Shown: one piece after another, positions 18,397 to 30,273 of the stretch
Layout of the letters: every line of letters starts with the position of its first letter
Numbering within the stretch: position 1 is the first letter of the stretch
NCBI GenBank assembly: GCA_963663165.1
Contig: OY760175.1
Span: forward strand, 2,944,001 to 3,008,000
DNA length: 64,000 nucleotides
From: an uncultured Desulfospira sp.
Lineage (GTDB): Bacteria > Desulfobacterota > Desulfobacteria > Desulfobacterales > Desulfobacteraceae
Direction: 5' to 3'
The notes under the pieces: generated by a model
What the model saw: the letters and a program-made list of their open reading frames with translations, nothing else
Databases searched by the model: none
Told to the model about the DNA's origin: nothing
Program-made: the position numbers and the translations under genes

Positions 18397-19398
18397 TTAA
18401 GCGGCCTGTCTGCTCTGCAGGCCGCCAAAACCCAAAAAAGCGGTCAATAAACACAGCTGAATCAGGCCAACCCCGATTTTAAGGTTATAGGAAATAAAGG
18501 GCTGGTGGTATTGGGAGAGAAACGCCTCCACAAACCCGGCCCACAGCAGCATCAGGGCCACGCCGCCCATGAGGGTGAACACATCTTTGGATACTTTCCG
18601 CAGCCGGGATGTCAGGGTGATGGGTTTTCCCCAGCCGATTACGGCACTGCCCAGGACAAATCCGGCCTGGCTGGCCAGAATAATGGCCGGCAGTTCAATG
18701 GACCCGTGGGGCAACAGCCAGCCCAGCATGAATTGGGTCTGTCCGGCGACCATGTAATCGGCGATAACCGCGCCGAGATATACCCCGTTGCTGAACAGGA
18801 TCAGGATGGTGCCGATGCCCCAGGTCACCCCAAGGCTGAGGGCCAGAATCGACACCCGGGTATTGTTGGAGATCAGCTGGGAGGCAAAGGATGATTTTTT
18901 GCCGGCCATCTCATCTTTTTTACGGCCTTCTTCTTTGGCCACCCGGGAAGAAGGGTCCTGGCTTAAATGGGAAAATGGCATCAGGGCGTCCTTTGATTCC
19001 GGATCAATGGCCGTCAGGGTGCCGCCAAAGGCGCTGCCAAGGATAAAAATGGCCACGGCCAGGTAAAAGGCGGTGATGTGTTTTCTGAACGTTTGGGGAA
19101 ATTCCCTGAACAGCCACTGAAACACATTAAAGCGCCGGGGGCGGCGGCTGTTCTCATGAATGGCGGCAAAAGACCTTCCCACAAGGGACTCCAGATAACG
19201 CCGTATCTCATGGTCCGGGAAAAAATCCGTGAGCCTGGCCAGATCGGTGCTGGCCCGCTGGTACAGATAGTGGAACCGTTCCACCTGGTGGATATCCAGT
19301 TTAAGCTCCGGGTCATTGTTTAACCGGTTCAGCACGGATTCCAGCTGGGTCCAGGCCACCTGCCCCTCTTTGATAAAGGTATTGAGATCAAGAATCAT
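18397..19398 (-). CDS. SpoIIM-family membrane protein
   Basis: LYQRASTDLA, NNTRVS, FSNG, LPHGSIELPAI. Confidence 0.9.
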   Translation of the reverse strand: MILDLNTFIKEGQVAWTQLESVLNRLNNDPELKLDIHQVERFHYLYQRASTDLARLTDFFPDHEIRRYLESLVGRSFAAIHENSRRPRRFNVFQWLFREFPQTFRKHITAFYLAVAIFILGSAFGGTLTAIDPESKDALMPFSHLSQDPSSRVAKEEGRKKDEMAGKKSSFASQLISNNTRVSILALSLGVTWGIGTILILFSNGVYLGAVIADYMVAGQTQFMLGWLLPHGSIELPAIILASQAGFVLGSAVIGWGKPITLTSRLRKVSKDVFTLMGGVALMLLWAGFVEAFLSQYHQPFISYNLKIGVGLIQLCLLTAFLGFGGLQSRQAA

Positions 19399-20750
19399 AT
19401 GGCCTGCCGCTGTTTGATGGTTAAATAATGGGAAATGGCCTGGTGGGTCAGCTCGCCGGACGGATGAAGAAAAAACCCGATGCCCATGCGGTGAAACGAG
19501 CGCTCCAGTTCCCGCAGCCATTTCCAGACCATGTGACCGCCCAGCCGGGTATAAATCTCATCTTCCGCTGCCACGCTGCCCGAAGAAAAGATGGGGGCTG
19601 CGTCAGGAGGCTTGACCATATTGATCACCAGCAGGTGGCGGCGGCTTAAAATATGAACATGGTCCACCAGATCTTTGGCAACGGCCCGGTCATCCAGGCT
19701 GGTCAGGAATATTAAAAGCGAGCGTTTGGTGATCCGGCTGCCGATAAAGGTGATCAGTTCGGTAAAATCCGGGGTGACCAGATGGGGGTGAAGGGTGTAC
19801 AGGATATCCTTGCAGGCCCTGAAATGGGAGGTTCGCCGGCCTGCCGGCATAAACTGCCGCACCTGGTCGCTGAATACCACCAGGCCGAATCTGTCGCCCT
19901 GTTTTTCAGCGGCCATGCCAATACAGAGTCCGGTGTTGATGTACTGTTCCAGCATGGTTTCTCCGGCGTCTTTATCAGACAGGCCTTTGCCGGCGGCCGG
20001 GCCGGAATCCCTGGCGCTTAACCGGGAGGCATCAATGATCACGTAAACATCCTGGGTCTGTTCAATCTGATAGGTTTTGGTCACGGGGACGCCCCGTTTG
20101 GCAGTGGCCTTCCAGTGGATATCCTCGTACAGATCACCGGGCAGGTATTCGCGCAGCCGTTCAAACTCGCGCCCCTTGCCCACCATCTTTTGGACATGGC
20201 TCCCGGTATGTTTTCCCGGCAGCCTGGATGCCAGCACCTTCCATTGGGAAAACAGGTCCGGGTATACCCTGACCTCACAGTGAACGGCCTGTTTTTTCCT
20301 CAGGGCCCAAAGCCCCCATACCGACTCAATTTCAATGTAACATGCCCTGAGAATGTACTGCCCCTGCCGGATGCCGGTAATGGGCCACTCTACTGAGGCC
20401 TTTTGCGCCTCTAATGTTACCGGCCTGGTCTGCCGGGCGTTAAATTGAACATCAGGAAAGGCCAACCCCACTTTAAGCTGATTTAAAGATTTATGGTTAC
20501 AGGCAACGGAAATCAAAAATGAGGCCTGCCGGTTTTTGGACATGCGGACCAATTCCGGAAAATCAACCTCAACCCCGGAAAGGACCGGTTTTGAAATCCA
20601 TATATCCAGGATTCCCATGCCCGCAGCCCCTAACAGGAGGATGCCCGAAAGGACAGTTCCGGAACTATAAAAAAGAAACAGATAAACCGCTAAGGCACAA
20701 AAGGCCAGATAGCAGAGCAGATTTCTTTTGCTGGGGGCAATGGTTATCAT
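19395..20750 (-). CDS. DUF58 (VWA-like) protein
   Basis: GREFERLREYLPGD...IHWKATAK; IIDASRLS. Confidence 0.92.
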   Translation of the reverse strand: MITIAPSKRNLLCYLAFCALAVYLFLFYSSGTVLSGILLLGAAGMGILDIWISKPVLSGVEVDFPELVRMSKNRQASFLISVACNHKSLNQLKVGLAFPDVQFNARQTRPVTLEAQKASVEWPITGIRQGQYILRACYIEIESVWGLWALRKKQAVHCEVRVYPDLFSQWKVLASRLPGKHTGSHVQKMVGKGREFERLREYLPGDLYEDIHWKATAKRGVPVTKTYQIEQTQDVYVIIDASRLSARDSGPAAGKGLSDKDAGETMLEQYINTGLCIGMAAEKQGDRFGLVVFSDQVRQFMPAGRRTSHFRACKDILYTLHPHLVTPDFTELITFIGSRITKRSLLIFLTSLDDRAVAKDLVDHVHILSRRHLLVINMVKPPDAAPIFSSGSVAAEDEIYTRLGGHMVWKWLRELERSFHRMGIGFFLHPSGELTHQAISHYLTIKQRQAI

Positions 20751-20764
20751 GGCATTTACCTGAT

Positions 20765-21730
20765 TTACCTGGGCACGGCCACATCCGTTAAGATCTGGCT
20801 GATGACCTCCTTTTCAGACAACCCTTCGATTTCATACTCGGGCCTGAGGATGATCCGGTGGGACAGTGCCGGGCCGGCCATTTCCTTGATATCGTCCGGG
20901 GTGACAAAATCCCGTCCGTTAATGGCGGCAACCGCCCGGGAGGAGAGGATCAGGCCCTGGGTGCCCCGGGGGCCTGCCCCGGTGAGAACCGCACTGTGGG
21001 CCCGGGTTTTCCGGACCAGGTCCACGCTGTACTGGATCAGCTCTTCACTGATGAATATATGCTCAAGGGCCTGTTTGAGCTCCGACAGGGAGGCCTCCCC
21101 CAACACCGGCTTTACATCCCCCGAAGCCAGGGTTTTTTCAGGAGAATCACTGCCTAAAATCCGGGTGGCAAGACACAGTTCTTCTTCCCGGGACGGGGTA
21201 TTCATGGTGATCTTGAGCAGAAACCGGTCTTTCTGGGCTTCGGGCAGGGGGTAGGTCCCCTCGAATTCAATAGGGTTCTGGGTGGCAAACACCGTGAAAT
21301 GTTCCGATAAGTCAAAGGTTTCCCGGTCAATGGTGACGTTTTTTTCCTGCATGGCCTGGAGCAGGGCCGACTGGGTTTTGGCCGGTGCCCGGTTGATTTC
21401 ATCGGCCAGAAGAAAGGTGGTAAACACCGGGCCCTTAACCAGTGAAAAACTATTTTCTTTTAAGTTAAACACATTGGTTCCGGTAATGTCGGCAGGCATC
21501 AGGTCCGGCGTGAACTGAATCCTTGAAAATTCACATCCCATGACATGGGCCAGGGTTTTGACCAGCAGGGTCTTTGCCACGCCGGGAACCCCTTCGATAA
21601 GGGCATGCTGGCCGGTAAACAGGACAATCAGGGCCATGTCAATGACATCGTCCTGGCCGATAATCACCTTGGCGACTTCCTGTTTTGTTCTGGCCAGGGT
21701 TTCTCTTAAAACAGCGGCAGGCTCATCCAT
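20765..21730 (-). CDS. MoxR-family AAA+ ATPase
   Basis: EGVPGVAKT, RIQFTPDLMPAD, LADEINRA, ATQNPIE, YPLPEAQKDRF. Confidence 0.95.
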   Translation of the reverse strand: MDEPAAVLRETLARTKQEVAKVIIGQDDVIDMALIVLFTGQHALIEGVPGVAKTLLVKTLAHVMGCEFSRIQFTPDLMPADITGTNVFNLKENSFSLVKGPVFTTFLLADEINRAPAKTQSALLQAMQEKNVTIDRETFDLSEHFTVFATQNPIEFEGTYPLPEAQKDRFLLKITMNTPSREEELCLATRILGSDSPEKTLASGDVKPVLGEASLSELKQALEHIFISEELIQYSVDLVRKTRAHSAVLTGAGPRGTQGLILSSRAVAAINGRDFVTPDDIKEMAGPALSHRIILRPEYEIEGLSEKEVISQILTDVAVPR

Positions 21731-22934
21731 GATCGGTTTTCCTTTCCCATAAAATGCGGCTGATCCGGTTGTATTCATCCACCAGATTGGTTTTGGGGCA
21801 GACAGAATCCGGTGTTAAGCTTCGGTATCTTTTGGCGTAAGTGTCAGCGGATTCATTGTCAAATAAAAAAGCACCTTTCCAGGCGTTGATACACTCGCGG
21901 ATCAAGTCGGGTTTTTCAATGTGAATTTTTAACAGGTTCACCAGGCCTGCCATATGGTCTTTGGCAGAAGCCGACCCTTTCCGGGACTGGGCCATCCGGG
22001 CCTGGACCATCTCATTTTGTTTGTCCGGCGGTATCAGGCTGTAGGCATTTTTCCAGACAAACAGCAGCACGAAAATACCGAGCAGCACCACCGGTACGGC
22101 AAGGTTGTACTTCCGGATCAGGGTTGAAATCCCGGCCCGCCGGGTGACCCCTAAATGGGTCTCATCCAGAATGATCAACTGTTTGCTGCCGCAAAGGTAT
22201 GCCAACACGCTGCTGCCATTGTTTTTGAGCAAAGACTCATTGCTGAACACATATGAATCTGCGGCCAGGACAATGCTGCCGGTCTGATATCTTTTTTCCA
22301 CCACCACCGGCTGCTCCCCGGATACAAGGACGGATTTCCACTCCTCTGAAAAAAGATCGAACCAGAGGGGCGACGGCCATGGAAGGGGCCCTGCCCTTAA
22401 ATGAGCCGGCATCTGTTCGCCTGCTTCAGCCATCCTGCCCGGTCTTGCGGTTTTGTCATATTCCAGGGAAAGCTTAAATTCTTCAAAAAGATCCACACAG
22501 CAGTCCGATGGGGTATCCGGCTCATCGGCTTCTTCTTTGGGCGGCGTTTTTTCCTGTTTGGAAAACGATCTTAAGTTGCCCGGGGTAAAGGCAATGACCA
22601 GGCGGCAGCCCGAATTAACGAGGCCCATGATCTGATCCAACTCTTTTTGGGAGATCATGTGGGTTTTTTCTGAAACCACCCCGAGAACGAATATGCACGA
22701 TTGTTCAGGCAGCCGTTTAAAAGCATCATAGTTTCGCTGAACATTGATGGACGCCATCCGGCTTAAAGCGTCATACAAAGCTTTGGTCCCGAGTGGGTCA
22801 GCACGTAACGATGAATATTGGGGATAAATATCCCCGGATTTAAACCGGAGCCAGAACAAATGGGCCATGGCCAGGCAGAACAGGGCCATCAGGATAAACA
22901 GCAAAAGGGTAAATTTTTTGTTATCCCGCAACAT
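21723..22934 (-). CDS. DUF4350-like membrane-anchored protein
   Basis: YSS...PLGTKALY, VFSNESL, LDETH; position within the MoxR cluster. Confidence 0.7.
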   Translation of the reverse strand: MLRDNKKFTLLLFILMALFCLAMAHLFWLRFKSGDIYPQYSSLRADPLGTKALYDALSRMASINVQRNYDAFKRLPEQSCIFVLGVVSEKTHMISQKELDQIMGLVNSGCRLVIAFTPGNLRSFSKQEKTPPKEEADEPDTPSDCCVDLFEEFKLSLEYDKTARPGRMAEAGEQMPAHLRAGPLPWPSPLWFDLFSEEWKSVLVSGEQPVVVEKRYQTGSIVLAADSYVFSNESLLKNNGSSVLAYLCGSKQLIILDETHLGVTRRAGISTLIRKYNLAVPVVLLGIFVLLFVWKNAYSLIPPDKQNEMVQARMAQSRKGSASAKDHMAGLVNLLKIHIEKPDLIRECINAWKGAFLFDNESADTYAKRYRSLTPDSVCPKTNLVDEYNRISRILWERKTDHG

Positions 22935-24573
22935 TGGCAATCCTTTGATGGGCAGCAAAAAAATCTTCAAATATGGCCTGGTTTACCTTTCGCATACCGT
23001 ACCAGACCTGGTCAACCGTGTTGACCATATAACCGAAATCACGGACCAGCTGTTCGTTTTCATGGGCTTTTCTGCCAACCTCACGGGTATATTCCCGATT
23101 GGATTTGTGCCCGGCAATCCGGATAAAGTTCTTCCGGGCAAGGCGAGCCAGGGTTCCCAGATACACCGCGCGAAGGGCCAGCCTTAAATCGCCTTTTTCC
23201 ATCAATTCTCTGCCCAGATCCACCCATTGATCAGCCGGCAGCTGGTCTGCCAGCACCCCGTCATCAGAGATATCCGGGGCAGCGTCCATTTGTTGTGATG
23301 GTTTTGCCAGAGGGTCCCGTTTAAAAAGAGATCTTAAAAAAATCAACAGCAACACCAGGGCCAGCCCCAGCAGCCCTGCGGCCAGAAGCTTGGGGTTCAC
23401 AAGACTTCTGGGCTCCGGCGCCTGGGGAGTCCCGGGCGGTTTGGGCATTAATTTTTCCAGCCACTGCCAAAAGGCCTCCACCCAGGAGGCCACCATCCTA
23501 CAGGCCCCGCTGATCTGGGAAAAAATCCATTCCATGCTTTTGTAAAAAAAGCCGGGGGGGTCATCTAAGGTTTCCTTTTTTTCCATGGGCAGGCGCCAGG
23601 CATATTCCCTTTGGGCCATGGTCTGTTCAATGGCGGTTCCAAGCTTTTGGGCATCCACACTTAAGGTGACCGGCGCTTGCTTTTCATGGGGAATTCCGTC
23701 CTGGGCACGGGCATCCGGGCCCACCAGGAAGGGAAGGATACAAATAAACACGGCAAGAATTCTGGACGCTGATTTGATCAGGTTAAACCGGGCAATCAGG
23801 TCCTGGCCGGTTTCCCGGGACCTGTATTCGGCTGTCTCAAGAATACATATAATTTTGATAATGGGGTCAACACACAGATGGGTAATCACCACCACTGAAA
23901 ACAGATAGGTGGTGTTCATAGGATTAAAGCCGCCCATGGTAAAGACCGAATCAAGGCCGAAAAGCATTTTGGCCAGAAAGGGCAGGCTGTATAAGGTAAC
24001 GGCCACATTTACGGCCACAAAAAAACCGAACACCCAAAAAATCAGCAGCACCAGATGATTGATAACCCCATAGGCCTGGGCGGTTTTAACATTTTCTTTG
24101 ATCATTTCATTTAAGGGCACCCGCTCCCGGACCGGCTGGACCAGAACAAACTGATACAGGGTATAGGTAAAGACAAAGGGGATGGTCACCACCAGGGCCA
24201 CCGGCAGGATCACAATGCCCGTGGTCTGGACAATGGTCTGGGCCGTGACCAGCCGGAAAACCGATCCAATGGACCAGGGCGGCATCACCACCCGGCTGAC
24301 AAACGCATATGTTTTTAACGCAAACACGGCCTGCCAGGCCTTCATCCAGACAAACAGCAGGGCCAGGCCAAGGGATGCGGTGATGCAGTGGTCTTTGGCA
24401 TAAGCATTCTGGCTCATGTCGTTCCAGAAGTAGAGCAGCCCCAGCAAAAAGGGCATGGTCCCCAGACAATAGGGGATAAATGATGCCGCAGGCATTTCCC
24501 GGGCAACAAAAAACGCCTCTTCGATGAGGCTGATGGCCCGGGCGGCCCGGTTTTGTTTTATATCTGCTGCCAT
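22921..24573 (-). CDS. Membrane protein with C-terminal DUF4129-like domain
   Basis: Multiple TM segments; GDLRLALRAVYL...KSNREY...VWYG. Confidence 0.75.
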   Translation of the reverse strand: MAADIKQNRAARAISLIEEAFFVAREMPAASFIPYCLGTMPFLLGLLYFWNDMSQNAYAKDHCITASLGLALLFVWMKAWQAVFALKTYAFVSRVVMPPWSIGSVFRLVTAQTIVQTTGIVILPVALVVTIPFVFTYTLYQFVLVQPVRERVPLNEMIKENVKTAQAYGVINHLVLLIFWVFGFFVAVNVAVTLYSLPFLAKMLFGLDSVFTMGGFNPMNTTYLFSVVVITHLCVDPIIKIICILETAEYRSRETGQDLIARFNLIKSASRILAVFICILPFLVGPDARAQDGIPHEKQAPVTLSVDAQKLGTAIEQTMAQREYAWRLPMEKKETLDDPPGFFYKSMEWIFSQISGACRMVASWVEAFWQWLEKLMPKPPGTPQAPEPRSLVNPKLLAAGLLGLALVLLLIFLRSLFKRDPLAKPSQQMDAAPDISDDGVLADQLPADQWVDLGRELMEKGDLRLALRAVYLGTLARLARKNFIRIAGHKSNREYTREVGRKAHENEQLVRDFGYMVNTVDQVWYGMRKVNQAIFEDFFAAHQRIANVAG

Positions 24574-24893
24574 AGATCCCTCCAGAGCGATCCTTCATGA
24601 AAGGATGCCGGCAGGGTCAGCAGCACCTGGCCCCCATAATAAAAAAAGAACCATAAAAACAGCACCGCCCCGAAGAACAGGGCGGTTTCCATGATCATAG
24701 AGGTAGAACGGGGGCTTTCTTCCGCCGCCGATATGGCTGAAAGACAGTTGGCGCACAACACCCGGTTTTCATGTTCGGTCACGCATTCCCGGCAAAAATA
24801 CCGGCCGCATTCAAGACAAACCGCCGCGGCCTCCCGGTCAGGGTGGTTAAAGCAGCGCTTTCTCCTTAAATCTGGAAACGTGGCGGCACCCAT
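24558..24893 (-). CDS. B-box-like zinc finger membrane protein
   Basis: CFNHPDREAAAVCLECGRYFCREC...CANC plus one TM. Confidence 0.8.
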   Translation of the reverse strand: MGAATFPDLRRKRCFNHPDREAAAVCLECGRYFCRECVTEHENRVLCANCLSAISAAEESPRSTSMIMETALFFGAVLFLWFFFYYGGQVLLTLPASFHEGSLWRDLWQQI

Positions 24894-24896
24894 GGG

Positions 24897-25892
24897 TTAA
24901 TGCCTTTCGGATTTGCGGACACAGACAGTGCCTGAAATCCCCAGCAAAAGAAAAGAAACAATCAAAAAGATATCCACTCCCAGAATCACGGGATACTGGA
25001 ACGGGTCTGTCCGGGATAAGAGTTTGACCATTTCCCAGGAATTGTAGGAAATGGCCTGGGCATGCCGTATATCCTGAAACATGGCCAGAAACAGTTCCAC
25101 ATAGCCCAGAATCCCCGTCATCACCAGAAGCACAATAGAAAGAACCGTGATGGTTTTCACCCTTGAGGCAAGGGGACTGCCGATCTGCCTGATCACGGCA
25201 ATAATGCTGACGGCAAACCCGGCTAAAAACACCACCCCGGTCAGGATAGTCAACGCCGGCCACCTTAAAAACAGATAGGCCGTTGAAATCATGCCGCTTA
25301 GGATCAACACCCCAAATAAGGCCCTGTGCCAGGCCATGGTGACCGGCTCTTTTCTACCGTGTTTTACGAGGGTGGCGGGTTGTGCGGCCATCAGGTCTGT
25401 TTTGGCGGCCAAAGCCGCCGGCGACAGGCGTCCCTGGGCCGCTTCTATTTTCGGGACAATGAGATCCATGAATTTTTGGGCTGTTTTCATGGTGTTCACG
25501 CAGGAGAGTTTTTCTTTTTGAACCGAGGAATAAATCCAGCACTCACAGCCAGGCCCCTTAAGAAAGGAACGGACCGTAAAAAAAAGCCCGGCCAGGCACA
25601 GGACCCCCAAAATGATATCCATGGGCATTGCCCCGTTTTTCCAGCACACAACGCCAAGGGCACCGGTGATCAACACCAAAAGAAGCCGGAGCCACTTCCC
25701 ATAGGACGGCCCCTTTTGCCTGACCAGGTTTAAGGCCTGGATATCCTTAAAATAAAACCGCCGGTAGGTCTCAGAAATACCCGTGGACTGGACCAGCAGC
25801 AAATGGTCCCGGCCAATCCAGAGCCTGTCGTTTCCGATAAACTTCTTTTTTTTGGCACCAAATTTTTGATAATCCGGGGTTATAGATTCCAT
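24897..25892 (-). CDS. Hypothetical membrane protein
   Basis: Operonic; ETYRRFYFKDIQAL and several TM segments. Confidence 0.75.
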   Translation of the reverse strand: MESITPDYQKFGAKKKKFIGNDRLWIGRDHLLLVQSTGISETYRRFYFKDIQALNLVRQKGPSYGKWLRLLLVLITGALGVVCWKNGAMPMDIILGVLCLAGLFFTVRSFLKGPGCECWIYSSVQKEKLSCVNTMKTAQKFMDLIVPKIEAAQGRLSPAALAAKTDLMAAQPATLVKHGRKEPVTMAWHRALFGVLILSGMISTAYLFLRWPALTILTGVVFLAGFAVSIIAVIRQIGSPLASRVKTITVLSIVLLVMTGILGYVELFLAMFQDIRHAQAISYNSWEMVKLLSRTDPFQYPVILGVDIFLIVSFLLLGISGTVCVRKSERH

Positions 25893-25904
25893 AAGCGGTA
25901 TAAT

Positions 25905-25989
25905 TTTAGCTGTTGGCTGTTAGCCTTTAGCTTTTAGCTGTTAGCCTGCGGGTATGCTAAAAAAAACTAACGGCTTACGGCTAATAGCT
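25905..25989. repeat. Inverted arrays of degenerate heptamers (TTAGCTG / CAGCTAA)
   Basis: About 6 TTAGCnn units then about 4 in reverse; same architecture at 33715 and 47618. Confidence 0.85.
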
Positions 25990-26574
25990 CTATATAAATG
26001 GACCGTGAGCGACTCGCACAATCAGGCCTGCCCAGGCCACCACCTGGGCGCAGGACAGGACCAGGGCCGTAACGGCCCGCCACCGCCTGCCCCTGGGAAC
26101 AACAGATCCCTTGGATTTCCAATGTTTGAATGTAAAATAAATGGCCACCGGGGCGGTGATGCAGGTTGCCCAGGTAAATACCAGGCTGATCAGGGGCAGG
26201 ATACTCACCCTTAAAGCCAGGCTGTCATATAATACCCGGTGGGTCTCCAGCTGAACCAGCTGGTTCTTCTCTTTTTCAGAGGCCATGCAGGGAAAGCAGA
26301 TGTGGGTTCCGTCCATGTCAATATCACATAAGGAACATAAAAACCGGCCGCAGGTTGCACAGGCCACCACCGCCTTTTTGGACGGATGGTAATAACAGCC
26401 GGCATCATCAGCCACCACCAGGGTCTGATCCCTGTCTTTTTGCTTTTCCGGCCTTACAGCGGCAGGAAAAACATCGGTCCGGATCATGGCCCGGCAATGG
26501 GGACAGGGGCTGAACGTCCGGGTGTTGACGGCCCCTGGATCAATGGGAGCGCTGCATTTTTCACACTGTATCAT
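25990..26574 (-). CDS. Zn-ribbon plus B-box-like membrane protein
   Basis: CEKC...CPHC; CYYHPSKKAVVACATCGRFLCSLC...CFPC; C-terminal TMs. Confidence 0.8.
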   Translation of the reverse strand: MIQCEKCSAPIDPGAVNTRTFSPCPHCRAMIRTDVFPAAVRPEKQKDRDQTLVVADDAGCYYHPSKKAVVACATCGRFLCSLCDIDMDGTHICFPCMASEKEKNQLVQLETHRVLYDSLALRVSILPLISLVFTWATCITAPVAIYFTFKHWKSKGSVVPRGRRWRAVTALVLSCAQVVAWAGLIVRVAHGPFI

Positions 26575-26593
26575 ATATAAAAATTACCAGGGG

Positions 26594-27391
26594 TTAGCCC
26601 TGCTTTTTAATCACCCTTGTGGCGCAGATTCTGTCATGCAGGGTCCTTTTTTCTGCATCAAAACCGGCCATGATATAACCGATCAAAAGGATCATGCCGC
26701 TGAGCATTTCCCCAAAGAACCGGGCAAAGGCCCTCAAATAAGAGACCTTCTGATTTTCAGCGGTCACGACCTGAAGCCCGCAGGCCATTTTGCCCGGCGT
26801 GGCCGAAAATTTTCCGATAAACCACGTGGCGTAAAAAACGGTAATCCCCCATTGGAGCAGGCTCAGGATAACCGATGGAATGATAACGGATTTAAACGCT
26901 GCAGGATCCGACATACCGGCAGGGTCCATTTTGGGCATGATCAGCCAGCCAAGGGGAATGGCAATGCCGTAATTGACAATGGTCATGATAATATAATCAA
27001 TGAGTTTGGCCCCAAAGCGGATCCAGAACCCCGCATATGCCATTGGCGTGGTCTGCACCCCCTCACGAAGTTTTTGCAGAAAGGCCGGTTTGCACGTCTC
27101 ACAGACCAGAGAGCCCTGAAACGAAACCAGCTCGTCCTGATAAAAGAGATTGCCGCACTCGGTGCAGATCTCCTTGAGCCGATGCTCTTCGGGCGCCTCT
27201 TCGGGCTCCTGGTCATCCGGAAGTTCAGCCCCTTTCAACGCCTCAACCCGTTCCCAGGCAGTCCACTCGTTAATGTCATCATTTTGCACCAGGGTTTCCG
27301 GCGTGACCGTCCCCTCGCTCACCAGGGAATCAAATTCTTCGTCAGTAAACGGCCCTTTGGTTTCCCCGTCAGCGGCATAATACCAGTCCAT
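26594..27391 (-). CDS. GYF_2 / Zn-finger / RDD protein
   Basis: WYY...GPF, CTECG...CETCK, YAGFWIRFGAKLID, TPGK, LHDRICATRV. Confidence 0.9.
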   Translation of the reverse strand: MDWYYAADGETKGPFTDEEFDSLVSEGTVTPETLVQNDDINEWTAWERVEALKGAELPDDQEPEEAPEEHRLKEICTECGNLFYQDELVSFQGSLVCETCKPAFLQKLREGVQTTPMAYAGFWIRFGAKLIDYIIMTIVNYGIAIPLGWLIMPKMDPAGMSDPAAFKSVIIPSVILSLLQWGITVFYATWFIGKFSATPGKMACGLQVVTAENQKVSYLRAFARFFGEMLSGMILLIGYIMAGFDAEKRTLHDRICATRVIKKQG

Positions 27392-27409
27392 GCGTTCCCC
27401 CTTTAAAAA

Positions 27410-28774
<1,365 letters not shown>

Positions 28775-29124
28775 TCATGTGATCAACTTTATTGAACCCG
28801 GCCGCCCTATTCCCGTGTTGCTGTTTTTTCGGGCACTCTCCTGACCCGTAATCTTATAGGGAGATTTTTAATTTTAACAGACCGGATAGATATCATGCCT
28901 ACTTTACCATAAAACCTGATACAGGTTAAATATTCTTTGAACATTAAATTGTGGACAGCATGGACTTGGCAGGCAATCACCTGTAAAAAAGCAATCCATT
29001 CCGGAATGGGAGATACGAATAATCTCCAGTAGAATTAGTTTTTGGCCATGATTTCGGAAAATGACCGCATACCATAGGCCGGTGACTTGGGGTAAAAGCG
29101 ACAGATGATACCATTACGGTCTAC

Positions 29125-29184
29125 TAACGGCCACGGGCCGTCTTGGTTATCCAACCAGGAACCGCCCACAACAAATAATGAAAG
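29125..29184 (-). repeat. Folded dispersed repeat, copy D
   Basis: TAACGGCCACGGGCCGTCTTGGTTATCCAACCAGGAACCGCCCACAACAAATAATGAAAG. Confidence 0.92.
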
Positions 29185-29251
29185 CACTCAAAGGGATAGT
29201 CCGGGTGAGTTTTTGATAAAAAATCAGGTCCGAACTGGTAAAAGTCCACAC

Positions 29252-29611
29252 CTATTCTGAGACAATAGCCCTTACTTTAGCCAAGGATTCACTTACCGCA
29301 GAGGCCGGGGCTTTTTCAGCAAACGTCAAACCTCTTTCCACAAAATCAATTGTCTTGACCTGGTGGCAAAGGACAACTCCAGAAATTTTTTTTCCAGTTA
29401 GAGCTACTTCAAAACCATGCCCTCTAACCCGGCTTGTAACCGGGGCTACTAACGCCAGCAGAGTTTTTTTGTTAAAAACCGCAGGAGAAAGGACCAGGGC
29501 CGGCCGATGTCCCATCTGTTCGTGACCGGCTGCTGGGTCGAAGTCTGTCCAGACAAGATCCCCACGTTTAGGAATGTACTGCTGTTTTTCCGATTTTTCG
29601 GCCATTACCAT
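29252..29611 (-). CDS. mazF: MazF/PemK toxin
   Basis: YIPKRGDLVWTDFDP..GHEQMGHRPALVLS. Confidence 0.95.
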   Translation of the reverse strand: MVMAEKSEKQQYIPKRGDLVWTDFDPAAGHEQMGHRPALVLSPAVFNKKTLLALVAPVTSRVRGHGFEVALTGKKISGVVLCHQVKTIDFVERGLTFAEKAPASAVSESLAKVRAIVSE

Positions 29612-29865
29612 TCCTTTCCTACTGGCTTGTCATTCAACCATGCTCTATCCTCAGAATCTAAGGCAACATTCTCAGGATCACATTGGCCCAAAAGCTCGTC
29701 AAGCGTATACTCTTTTCTCTTCTGGATCGGGGTGATAACAATCCTGCCGTCTTTCGCCTCAATGGTAACGGGCTGATCTTTTTCGAGCTGGACCATATCA
29801 GCAATTACTTTTGGTATCCTGGCAGCCAGGCTATTACCCCATTTTTTTATAACCAGTTCTGTCAT
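29605..29865 (-). CDS. mazE: MazE/AbrB antitoxin
   Basis: IKKWGNSLAARIP...YTLDELL...PVGKEW. Start at ATG 29865. Confidence 0.93.
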   Translation of the reverse strand: MTELVIKKWGNSLAARIPKVIADMVQLEKDQPVTIEAKDGRIVITPIQKRKEYTLDELLGQCDPENVALDSEDRAWLNDKPVGKEW

Positions 29866-30024
29866 ATCTCTCTCCCTTGAAAGTTGAAACATTGTATAAA
29901 CATATTATAGCGCAAAAGGAAATGTGTCAACAAAGTATCAACTCTTTTAAAAATAAAGATTTTTCCTGACATGAGTTACAGGGATAGTCTGAGGTATTCC
30001 GGCGTGTAAAAAAATGAGATTGCC

Positions 30025-30114
30025 TAATTCGGGGGACACGTGGTAATTCGGGGGACACGAAACTAAAATATTTATCAGGCAATTTTAATTTTGTTTCGTG
30101 TCCCCCGAATTACC
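30025..30114. repeat. GGGGACACG-type long palindrome
   Basis: 22-bp perfect IR GGTAATTCGGGGGACACGAAAC / GTTTCGTGTCCCCCGAATTACC plus an extra tandem left arm; right arm repeated at 31806-31837. Confidence 0.9.
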
Positions 30115-30273
30115 CCAGACGGCTGAGCTCCCGGTTAAAGTGGAATCAATTCGTGATGATGGGATTGTAAAAAACGGATGAATCGCTACTGAGTCATTTA
30201 AATCTGTCATGAAACCTGATATCAAGGATATTGTCTGAATTTTTGGAACTGAAAGGAAACAAGTAAAGGACGT

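Noticed and set aside
26486..27406. 306-aa plus-strand ORF and many similar antisense ORFs
   Set aside because: Shadows of well-supported opposite-strand genes in GC-rich DNA.
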